Assembly (NCBI RefSeq): GCF_035084215.1
Contig: NW_027139264.1
Coordinates: 310,001-374,000 of the forward strand
Length of the DNA stretch: 64,000 nucleotides
From: Heptranchias perlo
Taxonomy: Eukaryota
Direction: 5' to 3'
Of this stretch, positions 52,780 to 63,399 are shown one piece after another. Below the pieces are notes generated by a model. That model was not told the origin of the DNA. It made no database searches and saw only the letters and a program-made list of their open reading frames with translations. The position numbers and the translations under genes were made by a program. Each line of letters opens with the position of its first letter. Position 1 is the first letter of the stretch.

Positions 52780-53402
52780 GTGTAGGAGGAGGCCATTCAG
52801 CCCCTCGAGCCTGTTCTGCCATTCAATTACATCATGGCTTGATGCATATCTTAACTCCATCTACCAGCCTTGATTCCGTATCCCTTAATACCCTTACCTG
52901 ACAGAAATCCATCAATCTCAGTTTTGAAATTTTCAATTGACCCCCAGCCTCAACAGCTTTTTGGGGGAGAGAGTTCCAGATTTCCACTCCCCTTTGTGTG
53001 TGGAAGAGTTTCCTGACATCACCCCTGAACGGCCGAGCTCTAATTTTAAGGTTATGCCCCCTTGTTCTGGACTCCCCCCACCGGAGGAAATAGTTTCTCT
53101 CTATCTCCCCTATCAAATCCTTTAATCATCTCCAACACCTCAATTGGATCACCCCTTAATCTTCTACACTCAAGGGAATACAAGCCTCGTCGATGCAACC
53201 TGTCCTCATAATTTAACCCTCTAAGCCCCAGTATCATTCTGCTAAATCTCCAAGGCCAATCTATCCTTCCTGAGGTGCGGTTCCCAGAACTGAACACAGT
53301 ATCTCCAGATGTGGTCTGACCAGAGCTCTGAACAGCTGGAACATAACTTCCTCCCCTTTGTATTCCAGCCCCCGAGATAAAGGCCAACGTTCCATTAGCC
53401 AT
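52780..53402 (-). mobile_element. CR1 LINE 3' fragment
   Basis: Same subfamily as 44935-45385; frameshifted. Confidence 0.88.
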
Positions 53403-53534
53403 TCCATTTTTGTAGCTGTCCACCAGATTCCCTGGGATCGCCCGAGCAAATCTCTTCCCGACCTTCTCCGTGAGCTTGACATCCTCTTCAACACATGGTA
53501 TCCAAAATCGGACGCAACGTCCTCACTGTGGCCT

Positions 53535-54348
53535 AATATGGGAAAATGTGAAGTCATCCACTTTGGGAGGAAAAATAAAAAAGCAAAATATTATTTGAAT
53601 GGAGAAATAATACAAAATGCTGCGGTAAAGAGGGATCTGGGTGTCCTCCTACATGAAACACAAAAAGTCAACATACAGGTGCAGCAGGTAATCCGGAAGG
53701 CAAACGGAGTATTGGCCTTTATTTCTCGGGGGATGGAGTATAAAAGCAGGGAAGTCATGCTACAACTGTACAGGGTGCTGGTGAGACCACACCTGGAGCA
53801 CTGCGTACAGTTCTGGTGACCTTATTTAAGGAAGGACATACTTGCATTGGAGGCAGTTCAGAGAAGGTTCACGAGGTTGATTCCGGGTATGGAAGGGTTG
53901 TCTTATGAGGAAAGATTGAACAGGTTGGGTCTATACTCATTGGAGTTTAGGAGAATGAGAGGAGATCTTAAGAAAAATACAAGATTCTGAGGGGACTCGA
54001 TAGGGTAGATGCTGAGAGGACGTTACCCCTCATGGGGGAATCTAAAACTAGGGGGCATAGTCTCAGAATAAGGGGTTGCCCGTTTCAGACGGAAATGAGG
54101 AGGAATTTCTTCTCCCAGAGGGTTGTGAATCTTTGGAATTCTTTATCCCAAAAAGCTGTGGAGGCTGAGTCATTGAATACATTCAAGGCTGAGTTCGACA
54201 AATTTTTGGTCAGCAAGGATATGGGGAAAGGGCGGGAAAGTGGAGTTGAGGTGAAAATCAGATCAGCCATGATCTCATTGAATGGCGGAGCAGGCTCGAG
54301 GGGCTGAATGGCCTACTCCTGCTGCTATCTCTTATGGTCTTATGGTCT
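53535..54348 (+). mobile_element. CR1 LINE 3' fragment ending ~90 bp before the alpha1 exon
   Basis: KCEVIHFGRKN...RPHLEHCVQFW*, followed by a (TCTTATGG) tail. Confidence 0.92.
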
Positions 54349-54435
54349 AACCAGGCTCAGCATTAGCCGTTTCCACTTTGAGTTACTTATGATTAACGTC
54401 ATTTTTGAGACTGGTTTCTGTCTGTGATCCTGCAG

Positions 54436-54696
54436 ATTTCCACATCCTCGCATTTTACTACATACTGAGCCGTGGCGGGGCCGAGATGCCCGAGTACAGC
54501 TTGGTCGCGATGCTCGATGACTATGAGATAGTGTATTTCGACAGCACCCTGCAGCGGACTGTGCCCAGACAGCAGTGGATGGCCGACTCCTTCGACAACC
54601 ATCACTGGGACGCCATCGCCATCACAATGGCGGGGTTCCATGGTCTGGTCAGAGGAAACACCGAGATATTTTACCGACAGCAACACGGTGCCTCGA
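54436..54696 (+). CDS. Nonclassical MHC class I heavy chain, alpha1 exon
   Basis: Acceptor ...gatcctgcAG, donor GA|GTGAGT, 261 nt, phase 1/1. (D)FHILAFYYIL...PEYSLVAMLDDYEIVYFDS...VPRQQWM...HWD matches the class I alpha1 pattern. Confidence 0.93.
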
Positions 54697-54949
54697 GTGA
54701 GTATCCTCACAGAGCCGGTGCAGCTATCGACTGACAGGAGGAAAGGATTTGTATCCATATAGAGCCTTATCCTGTCTCGGAGAAATGTCCCGAACCACTT
54801 TACACCCATTAAATGACTTGGGATGACCTGGTCATTGGCACTATCTGGGAGTAACATGGCAGACATTTTCTGCACAGCAAATGGCAATGAGATGATTGAT
54901 TTGTTCATCTGTTTTTATTGGTGTGGATTGAGGGAGAAATGGGAGCAAT

Positions 54950-55312
54950 AGGTTCTTTTTATGTTCATTTGAACAGGAAGACGGGGCCTCGATTTAACGT
55001 CTCATCTGAAGGACGGCATCTCCGACAGTGCAGCACTCCCTCAGTACTGCCCCTCCGACAGTGCAGCACTCCCTCAGTACTGCCCCTCCGACAATGCATC
55101 ACTCCCTCAGTACTGCCCCTCCGACAGTGCACCGCTCCCTCAGTACCGCCCCTCCGACAATGCATCACTCCCTCAGTACTGCCCCTCCGACAATGCATCA
55201 CTCCCTCAGTACTGCCCCTCCGACAATGCATCACTCCCTCAGTACTGCACTGGAGTGTCAGCCCAGATTATGCGCTGAAATCTCTGGAGTGGGGCCTGAA
55301 ACCACGACCTTC
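54950..55312 (-). mobile_element. Deu-domain SINE with a 33-bp tandem expansion (55020-55250)
   Basis: Head GAAGGTCGTGGTTTCAGGCCCCACTCCAGAG and Deu core GATGAGACGTTAAATCGAGGCCCCGTC on minus. Same 33-mer as 15540-16140. Confidence 0.8.
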
Positions 55313-55887
55313 TTACTCTCGCCTCTAGTTCAGAAGGTTGTGGGTTCAAGTCCCACTCCAGAGACTGGAACACAAAATCTCGGCTGGCACTCCCAGTACA
55401 GCACTGAGGGAGGGGCAGCACTGTGGGAGGGGCAGCACTGAGGGAGGGGCAGCACTGTGGGAGGGGCAGCACTGAGGGAGGGGCAGCACTGTGGGAGGGG
55501 CAGCACTGAGGGAGGGGCAGCACTGTGGGAGGGGCAGCACTGTGGGAGGGGCAGCACTGAGGGAGGGGCAGCACTGAGGGAGGGGCAGCACTGAGGGAGG
55601 GGCAGCACTGAGGGAGGGGCAGCACTGAGGGAGGGGCAGCACTGTGGGAGGGGCAGCACTGTGGGAGGGGCAGCACTGAGGGAGGGGCAGCACTGTGGGA
55701 GGGGCAGCACTGTGGGAGGGGCAGCACTGAGGGAGGGGCAGCACTGAGGGAGGGGCAGCACTGAGGGAGGGGCAGCACTGTGGGAGGGGCAGCACTGAGG
55801 GAGGGGCAGCACTGAGGGAGGGGCAGCACTGTGGGAGGGGCAGCACTGTGGGAGGGGCAGCACTGAGGGAGGGGCAGCACTGAGGGA
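55313..55887 (+). mobile_element. SINE head running into a 17-bp minisatellite (GWGGGAGGGGCAGCACT)n, ~28 copies
   Basis: B-box-like GGTTCAAGTCCC at ~55343. The array at 55400-55887 is a half-unit version of the SINE 33-mer. Confidence 0.8.
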
Positions 55888-56339
55888 TTTGATGTGAGCA
55901 CCTTGAACGTTGGAATGAAATCATCGCTGCCACTTGTTTCTCCTCTTCTAAAGCTGCGTTGCCAGGGTTACTAACAAACAGATGAAATCAGGACAGGCGG
56001 GTCCATCAAGCCTGTCCTGTCTTGGCACGGTGAAACAACACACACACACACACCATCAGCACCCTCTCCCTCCCACAGTCACACAATCTCCTGGGAGAGG
56101 CCAAAGAAAGAGGATGAAACTGAGGCCAAGTTAGGAAAGCAAACACTCTGGGAGATTCCTCTGCGACCCCCCCCCCCAGGGAATCGAGGAAGGTGCAGGA
56201 GATCACAGTGTCTGATATCACTGGTCCCCATTAACCCCACACACCTCCTATAACTCGAGATACTTTCTATTGGTCGCCAGTCCCCTTTCCAACACTTGCA
56301 GTCCACCCACACACACTGTGCATGCAGGCAACTTGTTCA

Positions 56340-57625
56340 TCGAATCACAGAAAGGTGACAGCACGGAAGGAGGCCATTCGGCCCATCGAGTCCGTGCTGG
56401 TTCTATGCAAGAGCAATCCAGCTCGTCCCACTCCCCTGCCCTATCCCTGTAGCCCTGCAAATTTTTTCCTTTCATTACTTATCCAGTTCCCTTTTGAAGT
56501 CCACGATTGAATCTGCCTCCACCATCCCCTCGGGCCGTGCATTCCAGATCCTAACCACTCGCTGTGTAAAAAAGTTTTTCCTCAAGTCACCTTTGGTTCT
56601 TTTGCCAATCACCTTAAATCTATGACCTCTGGTTTTTAACCCTTCCGTCAATGGGAATAGTTTCTTCATGATTTTGAACACCTCTATCAAATCCCCTCGC
56701 AACCGTCTCTGTTCCAAGGAGAACAACCCCAGCTTCTCCAGTCTATCCACATAACTAAAGTCCCTCATCCCTGGAATCATTCTGGTAAATCTATTCTGCA
56801 CCCTCTCTAAGGCCTTCACATCCTTCCTAAAGTGCGGTGCCCAGAACTGGACACAATACTCCAGTTGTGGCCGAACCAGTGTTTTATAAAGGTTCATCAT
56901 GACTTCCATACTTTTGTACTCTATGCCTCTTTTTAAAAAGCCCAGGATCCAGGATGCTTTTTTAACCGCTTTCTCAACCTGCCCTGCTACCTTGAATGAT
57001 TTGTGCACATATACCCCCAGATCTCTCTGTTCCTGTACCCTTTTAGAATTGTGCCCTCCAGTACCTCTTCTATATCAATTTTTAGCCCATCCAGTATCTT
57101 AACTATATCTTCCTTTACCGAGACTCTGGCAGCATCTTCTTCCTTGGTAAAAACAGATGCAAATTACTCATTTAGTACCTTGGCCATCTCCTCTGCCTCC
57201 ATGAGTAGATCTCCTTTATGGTCCCTAATCGGCCCCACCCCTCCTCTTACTACCCGTTTACTGTTTATATGCCTGCAGAAGACTTTTGGATTCCCTTTTA
57301 TGTTGACCGTCAGTCTATTCTCAGACTCTCTCTTTGCCCCTCTTATTTCCTTTTTCACTTCCCCTCTGAACTTTCTATATTCTGCCTGGTTCTCACTTTT
57401 ATTATCAACCTGATATCTGTCATATGCCCCTTTTTTCTGTTTCATCTTACTCTCTATCTCTTTTGTCATCCAGGGAGCTCTGGCTTTAGTTGCCCTCCCT
57501 TTCCCCCTCGTGGAGACTGTACCCGAACCATCTCCTCTTTAAAGGCCGCCCACTGTTCAATTACAGTTTTGCCTGACAATCTTTGATTCCGATTTACCCG
57601 GGACCAGATCTGTTCTCATCCCGTT
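56340..57625 (-). mobile_element. CR1 LINE fragments with an internal deletion
   Basis: RPQLEYCVQFWAP...FFTQRVVRIWN (56475..57008), and NIKGNPKVFCRHINSKR..VGPIRD (57164..57469). Confidence 0.9.
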
Positions 57626-57729
57626 GAAATTCCAGAGATCGATGACTCTCTGTGACAATCTAACCTATTGCTAAGGTTAAAGTCCAAGACAGCAGGACAT
57701 AAATGGAACCTCAACGTAACACAGCTGCT

Positions 57730-58242
57730 TAGGAGCATCGAAAGAGGAAGAGGCCATTCAGCCCCTCGAGCCTGCTCCACCATTCATTTATATCATGGCT
57801 AATCTGCACCGTAACTCCATTTTCCAGCCTTTGCTTCCTATCCATCGATACCCTTACCTAACAAAAATTTAACAATCTCAGTCTTGAAAGCTCCAATGGG
57901 CCGCCAGCATCCCACAGCCTTTTGGGGGAGAGAGTTCCTGATTCCCACTCCCCTTTGTGTGATAAAGTGCTTCCTGATTTCACTCCTAAATGGCCTGGCT
58001 CTAAATCTAAGATCTTGATTCCCCCACCTGAGGAAATAGTCCCTCTGGAATTCCCTCCCTAAACCTCTCCACCTCTCTCTCCTCCTTTAAGATGCTCCTT
58101 CAAACCTACCTCTTTGTCCAAGCTTTTGGTCACCTGTCCTAATATCTCCTTATGTGGCTCAGTGTCAAATTTTGTTTGTCAAGTGCCTTGTGATGTTTTA
58201 CTCCGTGAAAGGCGCTATATAAATGCAAGTTGTTGTTGTTGT
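57730..58242. mobile_element. CR1 3' fragment (-) followed by an L2 3' tail (+)
   Basis: CR1 3' UTR reverse complement at 57730-58040. The L2 tail ...GGCGCTATATAAATGCAAGTTGTTGTTGTTG ends ~55 bp before the alpha2 acceptor. Confidence 0.8.
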
Positions 58243-58297
58243 ATGTACCCGATCGAACCCTTTTCACATTTTCAATTGACTTGAGTTGTTTTTCCAG

Positions 58298-58573
58298 GTG
58301 TTTTCTTTGTCCAGGGAATGTGTGGCTGCGAACTGAACAGCGACAACTCCACGGAGGGGTTTATAAAGTTTGGATATGACGGGGAGGACGCGTATGTTTT
58401 TGACAAGGACAGATTGAGTTGGATTGCGGTGAATCCAGAGTTCCAGACTTTAGCAGACCGGTGGAATGCGAACACCTTCATGAACAAATACTTCAAGACC
58501 CTGTTGGAAAAGGACTGTGTGAAGTGGCTGCTGATATACCTTCGGGCTGGGCGAGAAGCACTACAGAGGAAAG
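58298..58573 (+). CDS. Nonclassical MHC class I heavy chain, alpha2 exon
   Basis: Acceptor ttgtttttccAG, donor AAG|GTACCT, 276 nt, phase 1/1, in frame with alpha1. VQGMCGCEL...FGYDGED...W...RWNAN...LEKDCVKWLLIYLRAGREALQRK, with the C101-C164 pair. Confidence 0.96.
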
Positions 58574-58879
58574 GTACCTCGAGCGAGCGGGAACTGGAGG
58601 TGCCGGACAGGCAAAGTTTATATTCCCAGTCTGCACCTGGCCTCAGTACCCCTTGGGGTGGGTGGGGTCGGGATGGGGGAGATAATCGGGCAGGTGACCT
58701 AAATCCGATGACCTACTCAGTCTCCCCGGCTGGAAAGCCCGTGCGTGTTGACATCGGGTGAGAACGGGGTTCAACTAAGTTGTAATACCCCCATGGTTGA
58801 ATAGCGTCCTGGTCCTCACTGTGAAGGCTCACTCGTGAACACTGGGTGCTTGTGTGCGTTACCGGAACGTGACCCGTTA

Positions 58880-60910
58880 CATGGAATTTACAACACAGAA
58901 ACAGGCCATTCGGCCCAACAGGTCTATGCCAGTGTTATTGCTGCACCCTCCCTACTTCATCTCCCCCGATCAGCATATCCTTCTATTCCTTTCTCCCTCA
59001 TGTGTTTATCCAGCTTCCCCTTAAAGGCATCTGTGCTATTCGCCTCAACTACTCCTTGTGAGAGCGAGCTCCACATTCAAACCACTCTCTGAGTTTCTCC
59101 TGAATTCCCCATTGGATTTATTAGTGACTCTCTTATATTTATGGCCCCTCGTTCTGGCCTCTGCCACAAGTGGAAACATCGGGGGAAAAATTTGGATGTG
59201 GCCGTTTTTGGGCGGGGGCAGCGTGATGTGCTTTACCCCGTGTCCAATGGTCCCGGCGCAGGCAGGATGCAAGTTTCGACCCACCCGAGGACCGACCTGC
59301 GATCAGCGTTCCATCCCAGGCCTTGCACCTGGAATCAATGCAATTCACACTTTCCACCACCAGAGGGAGTCTAATCTCTTAAAGGGAGGATGTTTATCAG
59401 AAATCTCTTAAAGGGAGCTGGTACCTGTTATTTGCTGAAAATAACAGTCTGCACGGAGTCTGAACGGAGATCAGACATCGCACATGTAAAACACAAATGC
59501 AGGTCCCATCCCTATGTTAACACACTGATGAGTTCTGTTAAAACATTGAATAAAGGTTGCGCACTACTAAATCCCACATCCTCCAATCTGCACACCAGAC
59601 CTCACCAATCTGCCGACCTTAGTTGGTACCAGGCCTGTGAGAGTGCATGCACCAGGGTTCTCTGCTGATGCACTAGAGGCCTTGGTGCAAGAGGTGGACA
59701 GAAGGAGGGACATCCTATCTCCGCAGTGGGGGGAAGGGAGGGGGGGGTGCAAGAGGCCCTCCAGACAGATATCCAAAAGGCAGTGGGAGGCAGTGGGGGA
59801 TGAAGTCAATGCCAGGCTCACAGCATCATGAACATGGATACAGTGCAGGAAGAAGTTCAATGCTTTGACATGAGTGGTCAAGGTGAGTAAGGTCAACTGT
59901 CAAGTGGTGTCTCCAACCAACTGCTCCACACACGACACCCCCATCACCCACATACCAACAAACTCTTTCCATCAGTACTCAACTCTTCCCATCAGATGCT
60001 TCCTCTCACCCTCACACATTACCACTGTTTCAAGCCGTCCACCCACAACTCACAGGCCACACACACTGGCAGCTATTCAACCATGACAGGCACATCACCC
60101 AGACACAGGAGAAGGTGGCGCATATCAAGAGGCAGCAAGTGGCAGTGACATTCAGCCCCTCGAGCCCGTTCCACCATTCAATGAGATCATGGTGGACCTG
60201 TGACCTAACTCCATATACCCACCTTAGCCCCATATCCCATAATACCCTTGGTTCACAGAAATCTATCAATCTCAGATTTAACATTCACAAGTGAGCTAGC
60301 ATCAACTGCCGTCTGTAGAAGAGTGTTCCAAACATCTCCCACCCTTTGTGTGAAGAAGCATTTCCTAACTTCACTCCTGCACCTCCTGGCTCTAAATGTT
60401 TCGCGATGTCCCCGTGTCCTCGTATTCAAATGTAGGAGACCTCCGAAAACAGTTACAAATGTCTCCGCAGCCAGAAGCAATAATCCAGCAACTAACCTGT
60501 AAATCCTGCATGGTCCCTTTAAATAGCGCTGGTGGGGGGTCCTCCAGGAACTGTAAGACACGTTCAGATGGTCGGGGTTAAGATTGTGCGTTGAGTTGAG
60601 CGTTAAGTCCCGAAATGGTGTCTATCACTTTAAATCAGCTTTGCACACTGATTGAAGCCATTTTCTCCCTACTTTACATGATTCCAGTGTTCGTTATCTG
60701 CGCCTGCGCTAACTCCGATACCAAGATGGTGTCTGGCGCACGTCACGCAGGAAATGTGCGTGCGCATCCGAGATGCGATCTTGGATGTCGGAGAGGCCGT
60801 CTCGCGCCGAAACAACGGGCGCTACACGGCCCTATTTAGCGCCCATCTTCCCTACGTCTATCCTATCAAACCCTTTCATAATCTTAACGACCTCTATCAG
60901 GTGACCCCTC
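58880..60910 (-). mobile_element. CR1 3' fragment (58880-59180 + 60845-60910) split by a Harbinger insertion
   Basis: Rejoining the flanks gives the continuous CR1 sequence AGTGGAAAC-ATC-TTCCCTACGTCTATCCTATCAAACCC. Confidence 0.75.
59181..60844 (+). mobile_element. Non-autonomous PIF/Harbinger DNA transposon with a decayed Myb/SANT-like (trihelix) gene
   Basis: 3-bp TSD ATC at 59178-80 and 60845-47. Ends GGG...CCC with degenerate TIRs. APGFSADALEALVQEV..RRDIL...QWEAVGDEVNA...*TWIQCRKKFNAL, with donor AAG|GTGAGT at ~59884. A small CR1 piece is nested at ~60148-60420. Confidence 0.82.
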
Positions 60911-61055
60911 AGCTGAACTCCGGTGAACTCCAGCTGTCTCTCAGCATCAGTCATCTGCCTTCAGGCCGAGAAAATTGATGGTGGTGGGCGGGGAAGAAAT
61001 GAAGGCAAAAGAAGAGAACTTGTCACCGATTGTACTCTTTGTTTAAATCTCTCAG

Positions 61056-61328
61056 TCGCCCCTGAGGTGTTTATTGGGAAGAGGAGTGACGGGGACAGAG
61101 TGCTAAGGGTCTCCTGCCTTGTGTCGGGGTTCTACCCCTGGGCCATCGAGGTGACTTGGTTGGGGAATGGCGAGGAGATCGCTGACATTGAATCCAGTGA
61201 CGTGCTGCCCAACCAGGATATGACCTATCGGGTACTGAAAACGATCGAGCTGAGTGGAGACGACAGGAAGAGCTACTCCTGTCATATCGAGCACGCCAGC
61301 CTCCTGCGGGGGATCAACGTACCCTGGG
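61056..61328 (+). CDS. Nonclassical MHC class I heavy chain, alpha3 (C1-set Ig) exon
   Basis: Acceptor aaatctctcAG, donor TGGG|GTGAGT, 273 nt, phase 1/1. VAPEV...VSCLVSGFYPWAIEVTW...VLPNQDMTY...YSCHIEHASL...VPW. Confidence 0.96.
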
Positions 61329-61389
61329 GTGAGTGGCAAATCGGGGGGGGGTCCTCAGGGCTTTTCCCCGTGTCTTGGGGGCCCACAGG

Positions 61390-62735
61390 GTCCATCCCCA
61401 TGCCTCTGGGTCATTCCCCGTGCCTCTGGGTCATTCCCCGTGCCTCTGGGTCCTTCCCCGTGCCTCTGGGTCATTCCCCGTGCCTCTGGGTCATTCCCTG
61501 TGCCTCTGGGTCATTCCCTGTGCCTCTGGGTCCTTCCCCGTGCCTCTGGGTCCTTCCCCATTCCTCTGCATTCTTCCCCATGCCTCTGGGTCATTCCCTG
61601 TGCCTCTGGATCATTCCCCGTTCCTCTGCATCCTTCCCTGTGCCTCTGGGTCATTCCCTGTGCCTCTGGATCATTCCCCGTGCCTGTGGGTCCTTCCCCG
61701 TGCCTGTGGGTCCTTCCCCGTGCCTGTGGGTCCTTCCCTGTGACTCTGGATCATTCCCTGTGCCTCTGGATCATTCCCTGTGCCTCTGGGTCCTTCCCCG
61801 TGCCTCTGGATCATTCCCTGTGCCTCTGCATCCTTCCCTCTGCCTCTGGGTCCTTCCCTGTGCCTCTGGATCATTCCTCGTGCCTCTGCATCCTTCCCTG
61901 TGCCTCTGGGTCCTTCCCCGTGCCTCTGGATCATTCCCCGTGCCTCTGCATCCTTCCCTGTGCCTCTGGGTCCTTCCCTGTGCCTCTGGATCATTCCTCG
62001 TGCCTCTGCATCCTTCCCTGTGCCTCTGGGTCATTCCCCGTGCCTCTGCGTCCTTCCCTGTGCCTCTGGGTCATTCCCCGTGCCTCTGGGTCATTCCCCT
62101 TGCCTCTGGGTCCTTCCCTGTGCCTCTGGGTCATTCCCCGTGCCTCTGGATCATTCCCCGTTCCTCTGCATCCTTCCTCATGTCTCTGCATCCTTCCCTG
62201 TGCCTCTGGGTCATTCCCTGTGCCTCTGGATCATTCCCTGTGCCTCTGGGTCATTCCCCGTGCCTCTGGGTCCTTCCCCGTGCCTCTGGGTCCTTCCCTG
62301 TGCCTCTGGATCATTCCTCGTACCTCTGCATCCTTCCCTGTGCCTCTGGATCCTTCCCCGTGCCTCTGGGTCCTTCCCCGTGCCTCTGGGTCATTCCCCG
62401 TGCCTCTGCATCATTCCCCGTGTCTCAGGGTCCTTCCCCGTGCCTCTGGATCATTCCCCGTTCCTCTGCATCCTTCCCTGTGCCTCTGGGTCCTTCCCTG
62501 TGTCTCAGGGTCATTCCCTGTGCCTCTGCATCCTTCCCCGTGCCTCTGGGTCATTGCTGTGCCTCAGGGTCCTTTCTTGTGTCTCTGCGTCCTTCCCCAC
62601 TTCTCTGGATCCTCCCATGTGACTCTAGGTCATTCCCTGTGACTCGAGGTCATTCCCTGTGCCTCAAGGTCATTCCCTGTGCCTCAAGGTCATTCCCTGT
62701 GCCGCAGGGTCCTTCCCCATGTCTCTGCATCCTTC
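61390..62735. repeat. 20-bp minisatellite (TGCCTCTGGGTCMTTCCCYG)n, ~65 copies
   Basis: Exact 20-nt register is visible across the 60-nt lines. Starts ~60 bp after the alpha3 donor. Confidence 0.97.
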
Positions 62736-62739
62736 GGGG

Positions 62740-63210
62740 GAGCGCTGCACTGTCAAAGGGGCAGTACTGAGGGAGTGCGGTACTGTCGGAGGGTCAGTAC
62801 TGAGGGAGAGCTGCACTGTCGGAGGGTCAGTACTGAGGGAGAGCTGCACTGTCGGAGGGTCAGTACTGAGGGAGAGCTGCACTGTGGGAGGTGCCATCTT
62901 TCAGATGAGATGTTAAGTCAAGGCCCCAACTGCCATCTCAGGTGGAGGTGAAACATCCCATGACATTATTTCGAGGATGAGCAGGAGAGTTATCCCCAGT
63001 GTCCTGGCCAATATTTATCCCTCAATAAACATGAATATAAAAAAAGTGATCTGATCATTATCACATTGCTGGTCGTGGGATCTTGCTGTGCGCAAATTGG
63101 CTGCCGGGTTTTCCACATCACAACAGTGACTACACTTCAAAATAGTTTAATTGGCTGTAAAGTGCTTTGAGACATCCTGAGCTCATGAAAGGTGTTATAT
63201 AAATACACCT
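62740..63210 (+). mobile_element. Deu-domain SINE (33-bp unit x4-5, Deu core and tail)
   Basis: GTACTGAGGGAGAGCTGCACTGTCGGAGG repeats, then CAGATGAGATGTTAAGTCAAGGCCCC, CCTGGCCAATATTTATCCCTCA and the tail CTGTGCGCAAATTGGCTGCC. Confidence 0.8.
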
Positions 63211-63399
63211 CTTCCTTTTCTCTTTCAATAGCACATGCCCACCTTTCACGGTGTTACACTGAGCAAAATCCCCTTCAATTTACCCAATAGCACAATTGGT
63301 AAATGACCTGCCCAATGTGGAACAAAGACGGACAGACCAGAGGGTCCCAGATTTAACCCCTGGCCTCTGCTGAGTGGGAGGATTTCAATTGGAGAGACT

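Noticed and set aside
60923-62770. 615-aa ORF as a single protein
   Set aside because: Only 61056-61328 is the alpha3 exon, bounded by good splice sites. The rest is read-through into a 20-bp repeat.
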